Shown piece by piece: positions 37,113-47,303 of a stretch of DNA of 64,000 nucleotides; position 1 is the first letter of the stretch; each line of letters begins with the position of its first letter. The position numbers and the translations under genes were made by a program. Under the pieces are notes generated by a model. That model was given only the letters and a program-made list of their open reading frames with translations. It did no database searches and was not told where the DNA came from. The DNA comes from Gemmatimonadota bacterium (GTDB taxonomy: Bacteria; Gemmatimonadota; Gemmatimonadetes; Longimicrobiales; RSA9), in NCBI GenBank assembly GCA_007126035.1, contig SLCC01000022.1:19777-83776 (forward strand). Direction: 5' to 3'.

Positions 37113-38792
37113 ATGGAAACAGCCATGTCACATCCCCCCGTTGTCGGGACTACCGAACAGGCGGCTGCGGCGCCGCCTTTCGCATACCAGGACCCCTACC
37201 CCCTGGGTCAGGATACCACGCGCTACCGGAAGCTGGATGGTTCGGAGGCGTACGTGTCCGTAGAGCGGTTCGCCCACAAGGATGTCTTGAGGGTCGACCC
37301 GGAAGCACTGACGGTTCTGACGCGTGAAGCGATGCGGGATGTCTCCTTCCTGCTCAGACCGAGTCACAACGAGCAGGTGGCGACGATCCTCTCCGACCCG
37401 GAGGCGTCAGCCAATGACCGGGGCGTGGCATTGGCGTTCCTGCGCAACGCCGTGGTCTCGGCGCGCTTCGAGCTGCCGTACTGTCAGGATACCGGCACGG
37501 CCACCGTCGTGGCGAAGAAGGGACAGCAGGTCTGGACGGGGGGTGGCGACGAGGAGGCCATCGCCCGGGGCGTCTACCGCACCTACACGGAGGAGAACCT
37601 CCGCTACTCCCAGACGGTGCCGCTGGACATGTACCGGGAGAAGAACACGGGAACCAACCTACCGGCCCAGATCGACATCCAGGCCATTGACGGGGCTGAG
37701 TACAAGTTCCTCTTCATGGCCAAGGGTGGGGGCAGCGCCAACAAGACGATGCTCTTCCAGGAGACCAAAGCGCTGCTCACGCCCGAGAAGCTGGAGGCGT
37801 ACCTGGTCGAGAAGATGAAGTCACTGGGGACGGCGGCCTGCCCACCGTATCACATAGCTTTCGTGATCGGGGGTACCAGCGCCGACGCGGTCATGAAGAC
37901 CGTGAAGATGGCCAGCGCCCGCGAGCTGGATGAACTGCCCACCACCGGGAACGAGCACGGTCGCGCGTTCCGGGACGTGGAGCTGGAGGACCGGCTCCTG
38001 CGAGCAGCGCACGGTCTGGGGATCGGGGCCCAGTTCGGGGGCAAGTACTTCGCCCACGACGTGCGGGTGATCCGCCTCCCCCGGCACGGCGCCAGCTGTC
38101 CGGTGGGCATGGCCGTCTCCTGCTCGGCGGACCGGAACGTCCGGGCTAAGATCACGCGGGACGGCCTGTTCGTGGAGGAGCTGGACCGTGATCCAGGGCG
38201 CCTGCTGCCTGAGCAGTACCGGGAAGGTACCCACGCCCACGGCCACCGCGTGGACCTGTCAAAGCCCATCGAGGAAACGCTCCAGGAGCTGTCGTCCCTC
38301 GACGTAGGTGACGCCCTGCTCCTCACCGGAACCATCGTGGTGGCCCGGGACATGGCCCATGCCCGGTTCAAGGAGATCCTGGACCGGGGCGAGCCGCTAC
38401 CCGGGTACCTCAAGGAGTACCCGGTATACTACGCCGGCCCGGCAAAGACTCCGCCGGGAAAGGCCTCCGGCTCCTTCGGCCCCACCACGGCGGGCCGGAT
38501 GGACAGCTACGTAGACCTGCTCCAGAGCCACGGCGGCAGTCGCATCATGATTGCCAAGGGCAACCGCAGCCAGCAGGTGACGGACGCCTGCAGGAAGCAC
38601 GGCGGCTTCTACCTGGGCTCCATCGGTGGGCCCGCATCCCTGCTGGCGGAGGAGAACATCAAGAAGGTAGAGTGCATCGATTTCCCCGAACTGGGGATGG
38701 AGGCGGTCTGGAAGATCGAGGTGGAAGAATTCCCGGCCTACATCCTGGTGGATGACAAGGGAAACGACTTCTACAAGCAACTGGGGCTGTAG
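37113..38792 (+). CDS. fumA: Class I (Fe-S) fumarate hydratase, fused alpha/beta type
   Basis: It carries the motifs [44 protein letters not shown] and C-terminal [13 protein letters not shown]...YYAGPAKTP...GPTTAGRMD. It is 559 aa. ATG 37125 is an alternative start. Confidence 0.85.
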   Translation: METAMSHPPVVGTTEQAAAAPPFAYQDPYPLGQDTTRYRKLDGSEAYVSVERFAHKDVLRVDPEALTVLTREAMRDVSFLLRPSHNEQVATILSDPEASANDRGVALAFLRNAVVSARFELPYCQDTGTATVVAKKGQQVWTGGGDEEAIARGVYRTYTEENLRYSQTVPLDMYREKNTGTNLPAQIDIQAIDGAEYKFLFMAKGGGSANKTMLFQETKALLTPEKLEAYLVEKMKSLGTAACPPYHIAFVIGGTSADAVMKTVKMASARELDELPTTGNEHGRAFRDVELEDRLLRAAHGLGIGAQFGGKYFAHDVRVIRLPRHGASCPVGMAVSCSADRNVRAKITRDGLFVEELDRDPGRLLPEQYREGTHAHGHRVDLSKPIEETLQELSSLDVGDALLLTGTIVVARDMAHARFKEILDRGEPLPGYLKEYPVYYAGPAKTPPGKASGSFGPTTAGRMDSYVDLLQSHGGSRIMIAKGNRSQQVTDACRKHGGFYLGSIGGPASLLAEENIKKVECIDFPELGMEAVWKIEVEEFPAYILVDDKGNDFYKQLGL

Positions 38793-38808
38793 GCGACGGC
38801 TGGAAGGC

Positions 38809-38849
38809 GGCCGATCCCCGGATCCGGTGCCGTGATCCGGGGATCGGCC
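38809..38849. terminator. Perfect 16-bp hairpin between convergent genes (bidirectional terminator candidate)
   Basis: GGCCGATCCCCGGATC (38809..38824), a 9-nt loop, then GATCCGGGGATCGGCC (38834..38849). It lies between the fumarase stop (38792) and the lipoprotein stop (38866). Confidence 0.55.
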
Positions 38850-38865
38850 CTGACGGCCAGGCCCC

Positions 38866-39285
38866 TCAACGGAGATCCCCGCAGGCGACGACCTCCTGCA
38901 GCAGCTCCGGTGAGCGGTGCACGTTCACATGGTAGTCCTCGCCCGGCACCAGCTGGGCACGGATATGGGCCGTGGCTGTGGCTCCCCCGGCCGCAGTGGG
39001 CCGCAGCGGCGGGTATTGTGCCGGGTCGCCCACAATGGGACCGCCCGTCTCACAGGTCCCCCGGTGGATGTGCCAGGGGTGGGTAGCCCCGGCCTCACCG
39101 CCCGCCAGATTGATGGCAACCGCCGTCTGACCCGGGGCGGTGACGGCCCGAACCGCAGCCCGGACCTCGGTATCACCCACCGGCTGGACGTCCGCGTTCC
39201 ACTCCCGCGGCTCGTACACCGGCACAGTGGCGCAGGCCGTCACCATGGCGATGGCGGCCAGGATCGGAGCGTATGCGAAGCGCAT
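38866..39285 (-). CDS. Small lipoprotein with an SOD/CHRD-like HIH-G motif
   Basis: It has a signal peptide and lipobox (AAIAMVTACAT). It is 139 aa and beta-rich. The motif HPWHIHRGTCETGGPIVG resembles the metal-site region of Cu,Zn-SOD-like and CHRD-domain proteins. The family assignment is tentative. Confidence 0.55.
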   Translation of the reverse strand: MRFAYAPILAAIAMVTACATVPVYEPREWNADVQPVGDTEVRAAVRAVTAPGQTAVAINLAGGEAGATHPWHIHRGTCETGGPIVGDPAQYPPLRPTAAGGATATAHIRAQLVPGEDYHVNVHRSPELLQEVVACGDLR

Positions 39286-39635
39286 GATGGCCTCCTCGTG
39301 TTGGGCGTCAGAGCACCATGCGTAGGCATGCAGCTTTCACACCCGCTCGCCAACGACCCAGGCGCGATGTCGATTGTGGACGCCCCAGCAATGAGCGCTC
39401 GACGACCGTCTCCGCGGGGCACGGATCGGCCGGTAGGGTGTGGTGTATACCCTGTCGCCACGGTCCTCAGGCTGTCCCCGTGGTTTGCCTTACGGCGGGT
39501 AGTCGAACGCCCCACCTGTCCTTTGTAGGGGATTCCTACCTTGCCAGGGGATGTTTCCGGAGCGAAATGGCGGGACTATTCGGGATTGAGGGTGGGGAAA
39601 GCTGCCGCTATCTTCTGGCACAATGATTATTTGCG

Positions 39636-40343
39636 ATGATGCTCGGAGGCGCCGTGATGGCTAGGGAGGGGCTGGTCCTGGAAGGGATTGCGCGGCGGTT
39701 CGGCCGAAAGTGGGCGCTACGAGGTACGAGCGTGCGTGCGGAGGCGGGGACCGCGATCGCGCTGATGGGGCACAACGGCAGCGGTAAGACGACGCTGCTG
39801 CGGATCGTGGCGACGACGCTGCGACCGACCCGTGGCAGCGGCACTGTCCTTGGCCACGACCTGTTGAATGAGGCTGCCGCGATCCGGGAGCACGTGGGCG
39901 TGTTGTACCACGCTGCCGGTGTGTATGGTGACCTGACGGCCCGTGAGAACCTGGAGTTCTCGCGCAAGATGTGGGGTGGTCGTGCGGTGGTGGGAGTGGA
40001 TGCGGCGCTGGATCGAGTGGGATTGTCATACGCGGCGGGTGAGCGTGCGGCTGGTTTCTCGTCGGGTATGACGCGTCGCCTGGCGCTGGCGCGGGTGGTC
40101 ATGCGCCCGCCGACGATCCTGCTACTGGACGAGCCTTATGCGAGCTTCGACGCGGACGGCATCGAGTTGGTGAACGAGCTGGTCCGGGAGACAGCGGACG
40201 GCGGCGGTATCGTCCTGATAGCGACCCATGACCCGGAGCGGTCGAACGGCGTGGTGGACCGTGTGATCACCCTTCATGAGGGGCGCGTGGTCCCGGAGGG
40301 TGTTGCCGCGGGCCCTAAGCTGGTGGCGGAGGCGGTGCGATGA
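39636..40343 (+). CDS. ccmA: Heme exporter ATP-binding protein CcmA
   Basis: It has an ABC ATPase Walker A (GHNGSGKTTLLR), signature (FSSGMTRRLALA) and Walker B (LLLDEP). It is the first gene of the ccm operon. Confidence 0.8.
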   Translation: MMLGGAVMAREGLVLEGIARRFGRKWALRGTSVRAEAGTAIALMGHNGSGKTTLLRIVATTLRPTRGSGTVLGHDLLNEAAAIREHVGVLYHAAGVYGDLTARENLEFSRKMWGGRAVVGVDAALDRVGLSYAAGERAAGFSSGMTRRLALARVVMRPPTILLLDEPYASFDADGIELVNELVRETADGGGIVLIATHDPERSNGVVDRVITLHEGRVVPEGVAAGPKLVAEAVR

Positions 40344-41026
40344 GCTTCCGTAGCGAGACGAACCGGGTGGCGGCGGTGGCCTGGAAGGACCTGACCACGG
40401 AGCGGCGCTCGAAGGCCAACTTCAACGCGGTGCTGTTCCTGGCGGCCCTCATGCTGCTCATGTTCGGTTTCGCCCTGGGTCCGGACGCGGCGTCGTTGCG
40501 GCTGGCGGCGGCGGGCATCGTATGGCTTACGATAATGTTCAGTGGGAATCTGGCGTTCCATCGGTCGTACCAGGTCGAGCTGGAAGGCGGCGCCCTGGAG
40601 ACACTGCTCCTCTATCCCGGCGCCCGCAGCTCTATCTTCCTGGGCAAGCTGATCGCGAACCTGGTGTTCGTGTTGCTGGTGCTGATGGCCCTGATCCCGA
40701 TCGCCATCGTTCTCTACGACATCCCGGTTGGTCCGTCGATTCCGTTGCTGTTCCTGGTCATCTTCCTGGGCACGTTCGGGTTCGTGACCCTGGGGACGTT
40801 CTACGCGTCCATGGCGAGTCGGAGCCGTGCCAGGGAGGTCCTGCTTCCCCTTCTGTTGTTCCCCATGCTGATTCCGGTGCTGCTGGCTTCGGTGGAGGCG
40901 ACGGGCGCCCTGTTGCAAGGGGACCCCATGGGCGAGGCGGGGCGGTGGATCAGGCTGCTGGTGTCCTTTGATGTCATCTTCCTGGGCGCGTCCATCCTGG
41001 CGTTCGGGGCCGTGATCGAGGAGTGA
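40340..41026 (+). CDS. ccmB: Heme exporter membrane protein CcmB
   Basis: A 228-aa polytopic membrane protein between ccmA and ccmC. It shows the CcmB-like pattern (F..E...G.LE.LLL.P). It has an ATGA overlap with ccmA. Confidence 0.8.
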   Translation: MSFRSETNRVAAVAWKDLTTERRSKANFNAVLFLAALMLLMFGFALGPDAASLRLAAAGIVWLTIMFSGNLAFHRSYQVELEGGALETLLLYPGARSSIFLGKLIANLVFVLLVLMALIPIAIVLYDIPVGPSIPLLFLVIFLGTFGFVTLGTFYASMASRSRAREVLLPLLLFPMLIPVLLASVEATGALLQGDPMGEAGRWIRLLVSFDVIFLGASILAFGAVIEE

Positions 41027-41027
41027 G

Positions 41028-41747
41028 ATGCAAGAATTGAAAGCACTTTCGGAGGAGCGGGCGCCGAAGTGGCTGATCGGCTTGACGGCGATCGCGTTCA
41101 TGGCCGTGGCGGGCGCCCAGGTCTTCGGCTTCATCACATCGCCGGCGGCGGAGCAGTATCAGCACTCGCAGAAGATCATGTACGTGCACGTGCCGGCGGC
41201 ATGGAACGCGTTCCTGGCCTTCATCGTGGTATTCTGGGCGAGCCTGGTCTATCTCTGGAAGCGTAGCGAGGGTGCGGACCTGTTGGCGGAGTCGGCCGCG
41301 GAGGTCGGTGCGGTGTTCACGGGGCTGACCCTCCTGCTCGGCTCGATCTGGGGGAAGTGGGCATGGGGGGTGTGGTGGACGTGGGATCCCCGGCTGACGT
41401 CGACGGCGGTGCTGTTCATCATCTTCGTGGGTTACCTGGCGCTGCGTTCCTTCACGGAGGACCCGGAGCGGCGGGCCACGTGGAGCGCTGGGGTGGGGAT
41501 CTTCGGAGCGCTGAACGTGCCCATCGTCTACATGTCCGTGCGGTGGTGGCGCACGTTGCACCAGGTGCAGTCGTCGCCGGAGACGATGTCGGCGGAGTAC
41601 GTGACAGCACTGCGAGTGAACGGGATAGCCTTCCTGCTGCTCCTGGTCGCCGTCCTGGGTTGGCGGTACCGGGCGGCGCGGATCCAGCGTCGGGCTGAGG
41701 CACTGCACGAGGAAGCGATACTCGAGGGGAGGCAGGTCCATGTTTGA
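41028..41747 (+). CDS. ccmC: Heme exporter protein CcmC
   Basis: It has the tryptophan-rich WWD motif WGKWAWGVWWTWDPRLT and conserved His-containing loops. It is 239 aa. Confidence 0.85.
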   Translation: MQELKALSEERAPKWLIGLTAIAFMAVAGAQVFGFITSPAAEQYQHSQKIMYVHVPAAWNAFLAFIVVFWASLVYLWKRSEGADLLAESAAEVGAVFTGLTLLLGSIWGKWAWGVWWTWDPRLTSTAVLFIIFVGYLALRSFTEDPERRATWSAGVGIFGALNVPIVYMSVRWWRTLHQVQSSPETMSAEYVTALRVNGIAFLLLLVAVLGWRYRAARIQRRAEALHEEAILEGRQVHV

Positions 41748-41886
41748 GACGGATGTCAACGTCTGGAACTACGTGATCGGGGCGTACGCCGTAAGTTGGC
41801 TGACGGTTATCGGCTATACGCTTCGCCTGTGGGTCCTGAACCGGCGTGCCTCACGGTTCGCCGCTGAGCTTGGAGGCGACGTATGA
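41740..41886 (+). CDS. ccmD: Heme exporter protein CcmD (48 aa; below the ORF-track size cutoff)
   Basis: Hand translation from ATG 41740 gives MFETDVNVWNYVIGAYAVSWLTVIGYTLRLWVLNRRASRFAAELGGDV. This has a single TM helix and a basic tail. It overlaps the ccmC stop by 8 nt and the ccmE start by ATGA, which is the canonical ccmD position. Confidence 0.6.
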   Translation: MFETDVNVWNYVIGAYAVSWLTVIGYTLRLWVLNRRASRFAAELGGDV

Positions 41887-42320
41887 ACAAGCGGTTCATC
41901 GGGGTGTTCGGCACCGTCCTGGTCCTGACTGGTTTCGGGTATCTGATCTGGGGCGGCCTGGGCGGGAGCCTGGTCTATTTCGTCACGCCCACGGAGCTCC
42001 TGGCCCGCGGCGAGGCTGCGTACGAAACGCCGGTCCGACTGGCGGGTAACGTGGTGCCCGGCTCCGTGAACTGGAACGCGCGGGAGCTGGATCTTCGCTT
42101 CCATCTGAGTGATGGAGAAACGGACATCGAGGTGTGGTCGAAAGGTGCTCCGCCGGCCATGTTCCAGGACACGATGGGTGTGGTGGTGGAAGGACGCTAC
42201 AACCGGGCGGGCATCTTCGAGTCGTCGAGCGTGATGGTGCGGCACTCGAACGAGTACAAGGCGCCGCCGGAAGGTCACCGGCCGGCGGACACCTACGAAG
42301 CATTGATCCGGGAGGAGTAG
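41883..42320 (+). CDS. ccmE: Cytochrome c-type biogenesis heme chaperone CcmE
   Basis: It has an N-terminal TM anchor, an OB-fold core (RLAGNVVPGSV...L.F.L.D....I.V...G..P..F) and a C-terminal His motif (VRHSNEYKAPPE, compare HDENY.P). Confidence 0.8.
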   Translation: MNKRFIGVFGTVLVLTGFGYLIWGGLGGSLVYFVTPTELLARGEAAYETPVRLAGNVVPGSVNWNARELDLRFHLSDGETDIEVWSKGAPPAMFQDTMGVVVEGRYNRAGIFESSSVMVRHSNEYKAPPEGHRPADTYEALIREE

Positions 42321-42325
42321 CGTCA

Positions 42326-44373
<2,048 letters not shown>

Positions 44374-44377
<4 letters not shown>

Positions 44378-44979
44378 GTTGGAAGCGGGCCGGCATAGCG
44401 ATGCTGGTGGGGATACCCCTGCTCATGCTACTGGCGTGGGGCATGGTCCGTGGCGATCCGCGGATCATCCCGTCGCCGCTGATCGATCAGCCTGCGCCCG
44501 ACTTCGAGCTGCCGGTCATGGCGCCGGCACGGACGCCGGACGGTGAGGACGTGACCGGGGAGGTGGTGCGTCTGTCCGACCACCTGGGTGAGGTGGTGGT
44601 GCTCAATTTCTACGCATCGTGGTGCGTGCCCTGCCGGATCGAACACCCGGCGCTGGTCCGTACCGCCGCCCGCTACCGGGACCGTGGCGTCCAGTTCTAC
44701 GGTGTCGTCTACCAGGACACGCCCCAGGCCATCCGGACCTATCTCCGTCAGATGGGTGCGAAGGGGTATCCCAGCCTGCTGGACCCCGGCCAGCGTGTGG
44801 CCATCGACTGGGGTCTGGCCGGCGTGCCGGAGACGTTCATCGTCGGCAAGGACGGCCGGATCAGTAAGAAGATCTTCAGCGCGGTGACGGAGCAGGAGTT
44901 GGTTACGGAGATCGAGAGGCTGTTGGCCGAGCCGTCGCCCGCCGCGGCGCCGGCATCGACCCCGGAGGTGTCATTTTGA
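44374..44979 (+). CDS. ccmG: Thiol:disulfide interchange protein CcmG/DsbE
   Basis: It has a TM anchor plus a thioredoxin fold with active site WCVPC and a GVPETF motif. It has an ATGA overlap with ccmF. Confidence 0.8.
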
Positions 44980-45437
44980 AGCGGATCATGATGGTTCTGT
45001 CGCTCGTCGCCATGGCTGTTCCAGCAGCGGCGCAGGACGCGCAGCCGGAAGGGATCTACATAGGTCAGGGGCCGCTAACCAATGCCGTGGAGGAGGCGAG
45101 GGCGGCCAAGCTGGCATCCCAGCTCCAGTGCCCGGTCTGCCAGGGCCAATCCATCGCCGCGTCGCCGGCGCCCATGGCCAGACAGATGAAGGACCTCATC
45201 CGGACCCAGGTCTCAGAGGGCTACACGGATGAGGAGGTCAGGCAGTACTTCATGAGCAAGTACGGCGAGTGGGTGCTTCTGGAGCCCAAGGCCGCCGGCT
45301 TCAATCTGCTGGTCTACATCCTGCCCGTGGCTGCGTTGCTCGCCGGGATCGGGCTGATGTTTGTCCTGGTGCGCCGGTGGTCGACCCCGGCTCCCGCCCC
45401 GGCGGAGGCAGCCGAGGGCGACGACGCCGCAGGCTGA
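44976..45437 (+). CDS. ccmH: Cytochrome c-type biogenesis protein CcmH
   Basis: It has a signal peptide, the motif LQCPVCQGQSIAASPAPMARQM (LRCxxCQ type) and a C-terminal TM helix. It is 153 aa. Confidence 0.75.
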   Translation: MKRIMMVLSLVAMAVPAAAQDAQPEGIYIGQGPLTNAVEEARAAKLASQLQCPVCQGQSIAASPAPMARQMKDLIRTQVSEGYTDEEVRQYFMSKYGEWVLLEPKAAGFNLLVYILPVAALLAGIGLMFVLVRRWSTPAPAPAEAAEGDDAAG

Positions 45438-45491
45438 GGCGGGCGACGCGGGCTGCGCGGTAACCCTCGCGCGGCTCCGGCGGGCAGGTTA

Positions 45492-45520
45492 GCTTCCCCG
45501 CCAGGACGGCGCGGGGAAGC
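45492..45520 (+). terminator. Hairpin after the ccm operon
   Basis: GCTTCCCCGC (45492..45501), a 9-nt loop, then GCGGGGAAGC (45511..45520). No U-tract follows. Confidence 0.35.
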
Positions 45521-45557
45521 GCGCTGCCGACGACCAAACCAGACTCCCGGGCGCCCC

Positions 45558-46442
45558 ATGTATCCCCACCTGTTCACAATCGGCGACTTCACCGTGACGT
45601 CGTTTGGTGTCATGATGTTCGTCTCCTTCGTGGTGGGGGCGTGGGTCCTGGCACGGCAGTTCGACCTGCGCGGGCTCGACCCGGAGGCGGCGTGGGACAT
45701 GCTCCTGTGGGTTGCACTGGCCGGAATAGTGGGCGCAAAGTTGTATTACGTGGCCCTGCACCACGAGGCTCTGTTCGAGAACCCGCTCCGTGAGCTGACG
45801 AACCGGGGCGGGCTGGTCTGGTACGGCGGGCTCATCGGCGGAGTGAGCGCGTTCTATTGGCAGGCCAGGAAGCGCAAGCTACCGCTGGGGATGGCTTTCG
45901 ACGCTTCCGCTCCGGCTCTGGCCATCGGCTATGGGTTGGGCCGCACTGGCTGCTTCCTGGTAGGCGACGACTATGGACGTCCCACAGAGTCGTGGGTGGG
46001 CATAGCCTTCCCTGAAGGCTATCCGCCGAGCACGGCCGGCTACTTCCGTTCCATCGGCACCCAAATCCCCGCCGACATACCCGACAGCGCCGTCCTGGCC
46101 GTCCACCCCACGCAGCTCTACGAGATAGGCCTGGCGCTGATCATGTTCGCTGTCCTCTGGCGGCTCTCGGGCCGGCTGCCTACGTGGCGCCTGTTCGGTC
46201 TCTACCTGGCCATGTATGGCGTAGCGCGCTTCGGCATCGAATTCGTCCGGGCGAAGACGGACCTGGTGGTCTTCGGGATGACTACGTCACAGGTGGCCAG
46301 CCTGGTGCTGCTGGGGCTGGCGGCTGGGATCTGGATCCGGACGCGGGAAGCCGAGCCCAGGGTGGCAGGGCCGGATGATTCTGCGCGGACGGCGCCACCG
46401 GCGGGGCGCCCGGGCGGCGGCGACTCCTCGACCGGCCACTGA
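45558..46442 (+). CDS. lgt: Prolipoprotein diacylglyceryl transferase Lgt
   Basis: It carries the motifs FTVTSFGVMMFVSF, GAKLYYV, GGLVWYGGLIGG, GRTGCFLVGDDYGRPT, HPTQLYE and EFVR. Confidence 0.9.
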   Translation: MYPHLFTIGDFTVTSFGVMMFVSFVVGAWVLARQFDLRGLDPEAAWDMLLWVALAGIVGAKLYYVALHHEALFENPLRELTNRGGLVWYGGLIGGVSAFYWQARKRKLPLGMAFDASAPALAIGYGLGRTGCFLVGDDYGRPTESWVGIAFPEGYPPSTAGYFRSIGTQIPADIPDSAVLAVHPTQLYEIGLALIMFAVLWRLSGRLPTWRLFGLYLAMYGVARFGIEFVRAKTDLVVFGMTTSQVASLVLLGLAAGIWIRTREAEPRVAGPDDSARTAPPAGRPGGGDSSTGH

Positions 46443-46445
46443 GCA

Positions 46446-47303
46446 GTGTCGAGTCGAGCACTGCTCCCGCTGGCGCTACTGGCCCTGGCGGTCCCTCTGC
46501 CGGTCAATCCACAGGAGGCCGAGCCCGGGGATGCACCGGGGGCGCGGTGGAGCGTGGGGGCGTTCCTGGGCACCACCGGCTACCCGGACCTCCAGATCCA
46601 GCCTGTGCTGGTGGAGCGGCTGGACGAAGACGGAGCGGTGATCGGGTCCAACACCTTGAGGCGCCACCTGAGAGCCGAACGGAGCGGGTCCGTGGGGCTG
46701 GAACTCGGTATGGCCATGGGTCGCCAGTGGTCCATCAGTGTGGCCGGTAGCTTGGGCAGAACGCGCCTGACACAATCGTTCGACGGTCCCGAGGAGTGGG
46801 CGGTGAACGCGGCAGAGGTCCCGGTGGCGGAGGACCCGGGCATCGGGCTCTTCGCATGGATGGCCGCGGTCCAGTATCGGATAACCACAGGTCTACCCTT
46901 GAGCACCTACCTCCGAGTGGGGTTCGGTTCCGAACGGTGGCGTTCGGACGCGGCGCTCCCGGCGGGCGCCGGAGGCGCCCAGGCCGTGACCCGGTACTCG
47001 GGGCTGGCGGTGGTGGGCGGTGAATACCAGCTCACGCCGACCCTGGCCGTGGGCGTTCGCGCAAACACTGTCGTCTTCCGGACGCCGTTGATGCCCGCCG
47101 TTGCGGGGACTGAGCTGGGCAGGACAGATACAGTGGTTCTCACTGCTCAGGCACCCGCCGCGCGCCGGTTCGCCGACGAGGCGCTCGAGCTCGTGCGGAC
47201 CACCCGCCTCGAGCTGGGTCTTACATACCGGCCGGCCGGGGCAGCGGTGGAGCCTGAGGATCCACCAGAATCAGACGAGACGACGTCGCCTCCGCACCAG
47301 TGA
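46446..47303 (+). CDS. Putative outer-membrane beta-barrel protein
   Basis: It has a signal peptide (ALLPLALLALAVPLPVNPQEA) and alternating hydrophobic beta-strand patterns, with the last strand ending ...LELGLTYR. The 24-aa acidic tail beyond this overlaps the convergent gene. Confidence 0.5.
   Translation: MSSRALLPLALLALAVPLPVNPQEAEPGDAPGARWSVGAFLGTTGYPDLQIQPVLVERLDEDGAVIGSNTLRRHLRAERSGSVGLELGMAMGRQWSISVAGSLGRTRLTQSFDGPEEWAVNAAEVPVAEDPGIGLFAWMAAVQYRITTGLPLSTYLRVGFGSERWRSDAALPAGAGGAQAVTRYSGLAVVGGEYQLTPTLAVGVRANTVVFRTPLMPAVAGTELGRTDTVVLTAQAPAARRFADEALELVRTTRLELGLTYRPAGAAVEPEDPPESDETTSPPHQ

Noticed and set aside
38917-39626. ORFs 38917..39528 (+, 203 aa), 39318..39626 (+, 102 aa) and 39240..39515 (-, 91 aa) in or near the ccm upstream spacer
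   Set aside because: Their translations are Arg/Gly/Pro/Ser-rich with no motifs. The first is antisense to the lipoprotein gene. The region is treated as non-coding.
39616-39634. TGGCACAATGATTATTTGC as a sigma-54 promoter for the ccm operon
   Set aside because: The GG-to-GC offset is 16 nt instead of the canonical 12 nt. It also ends only 2 nt before the ccmA ATG, leaving no room for a leader with a ribosome-binding site.
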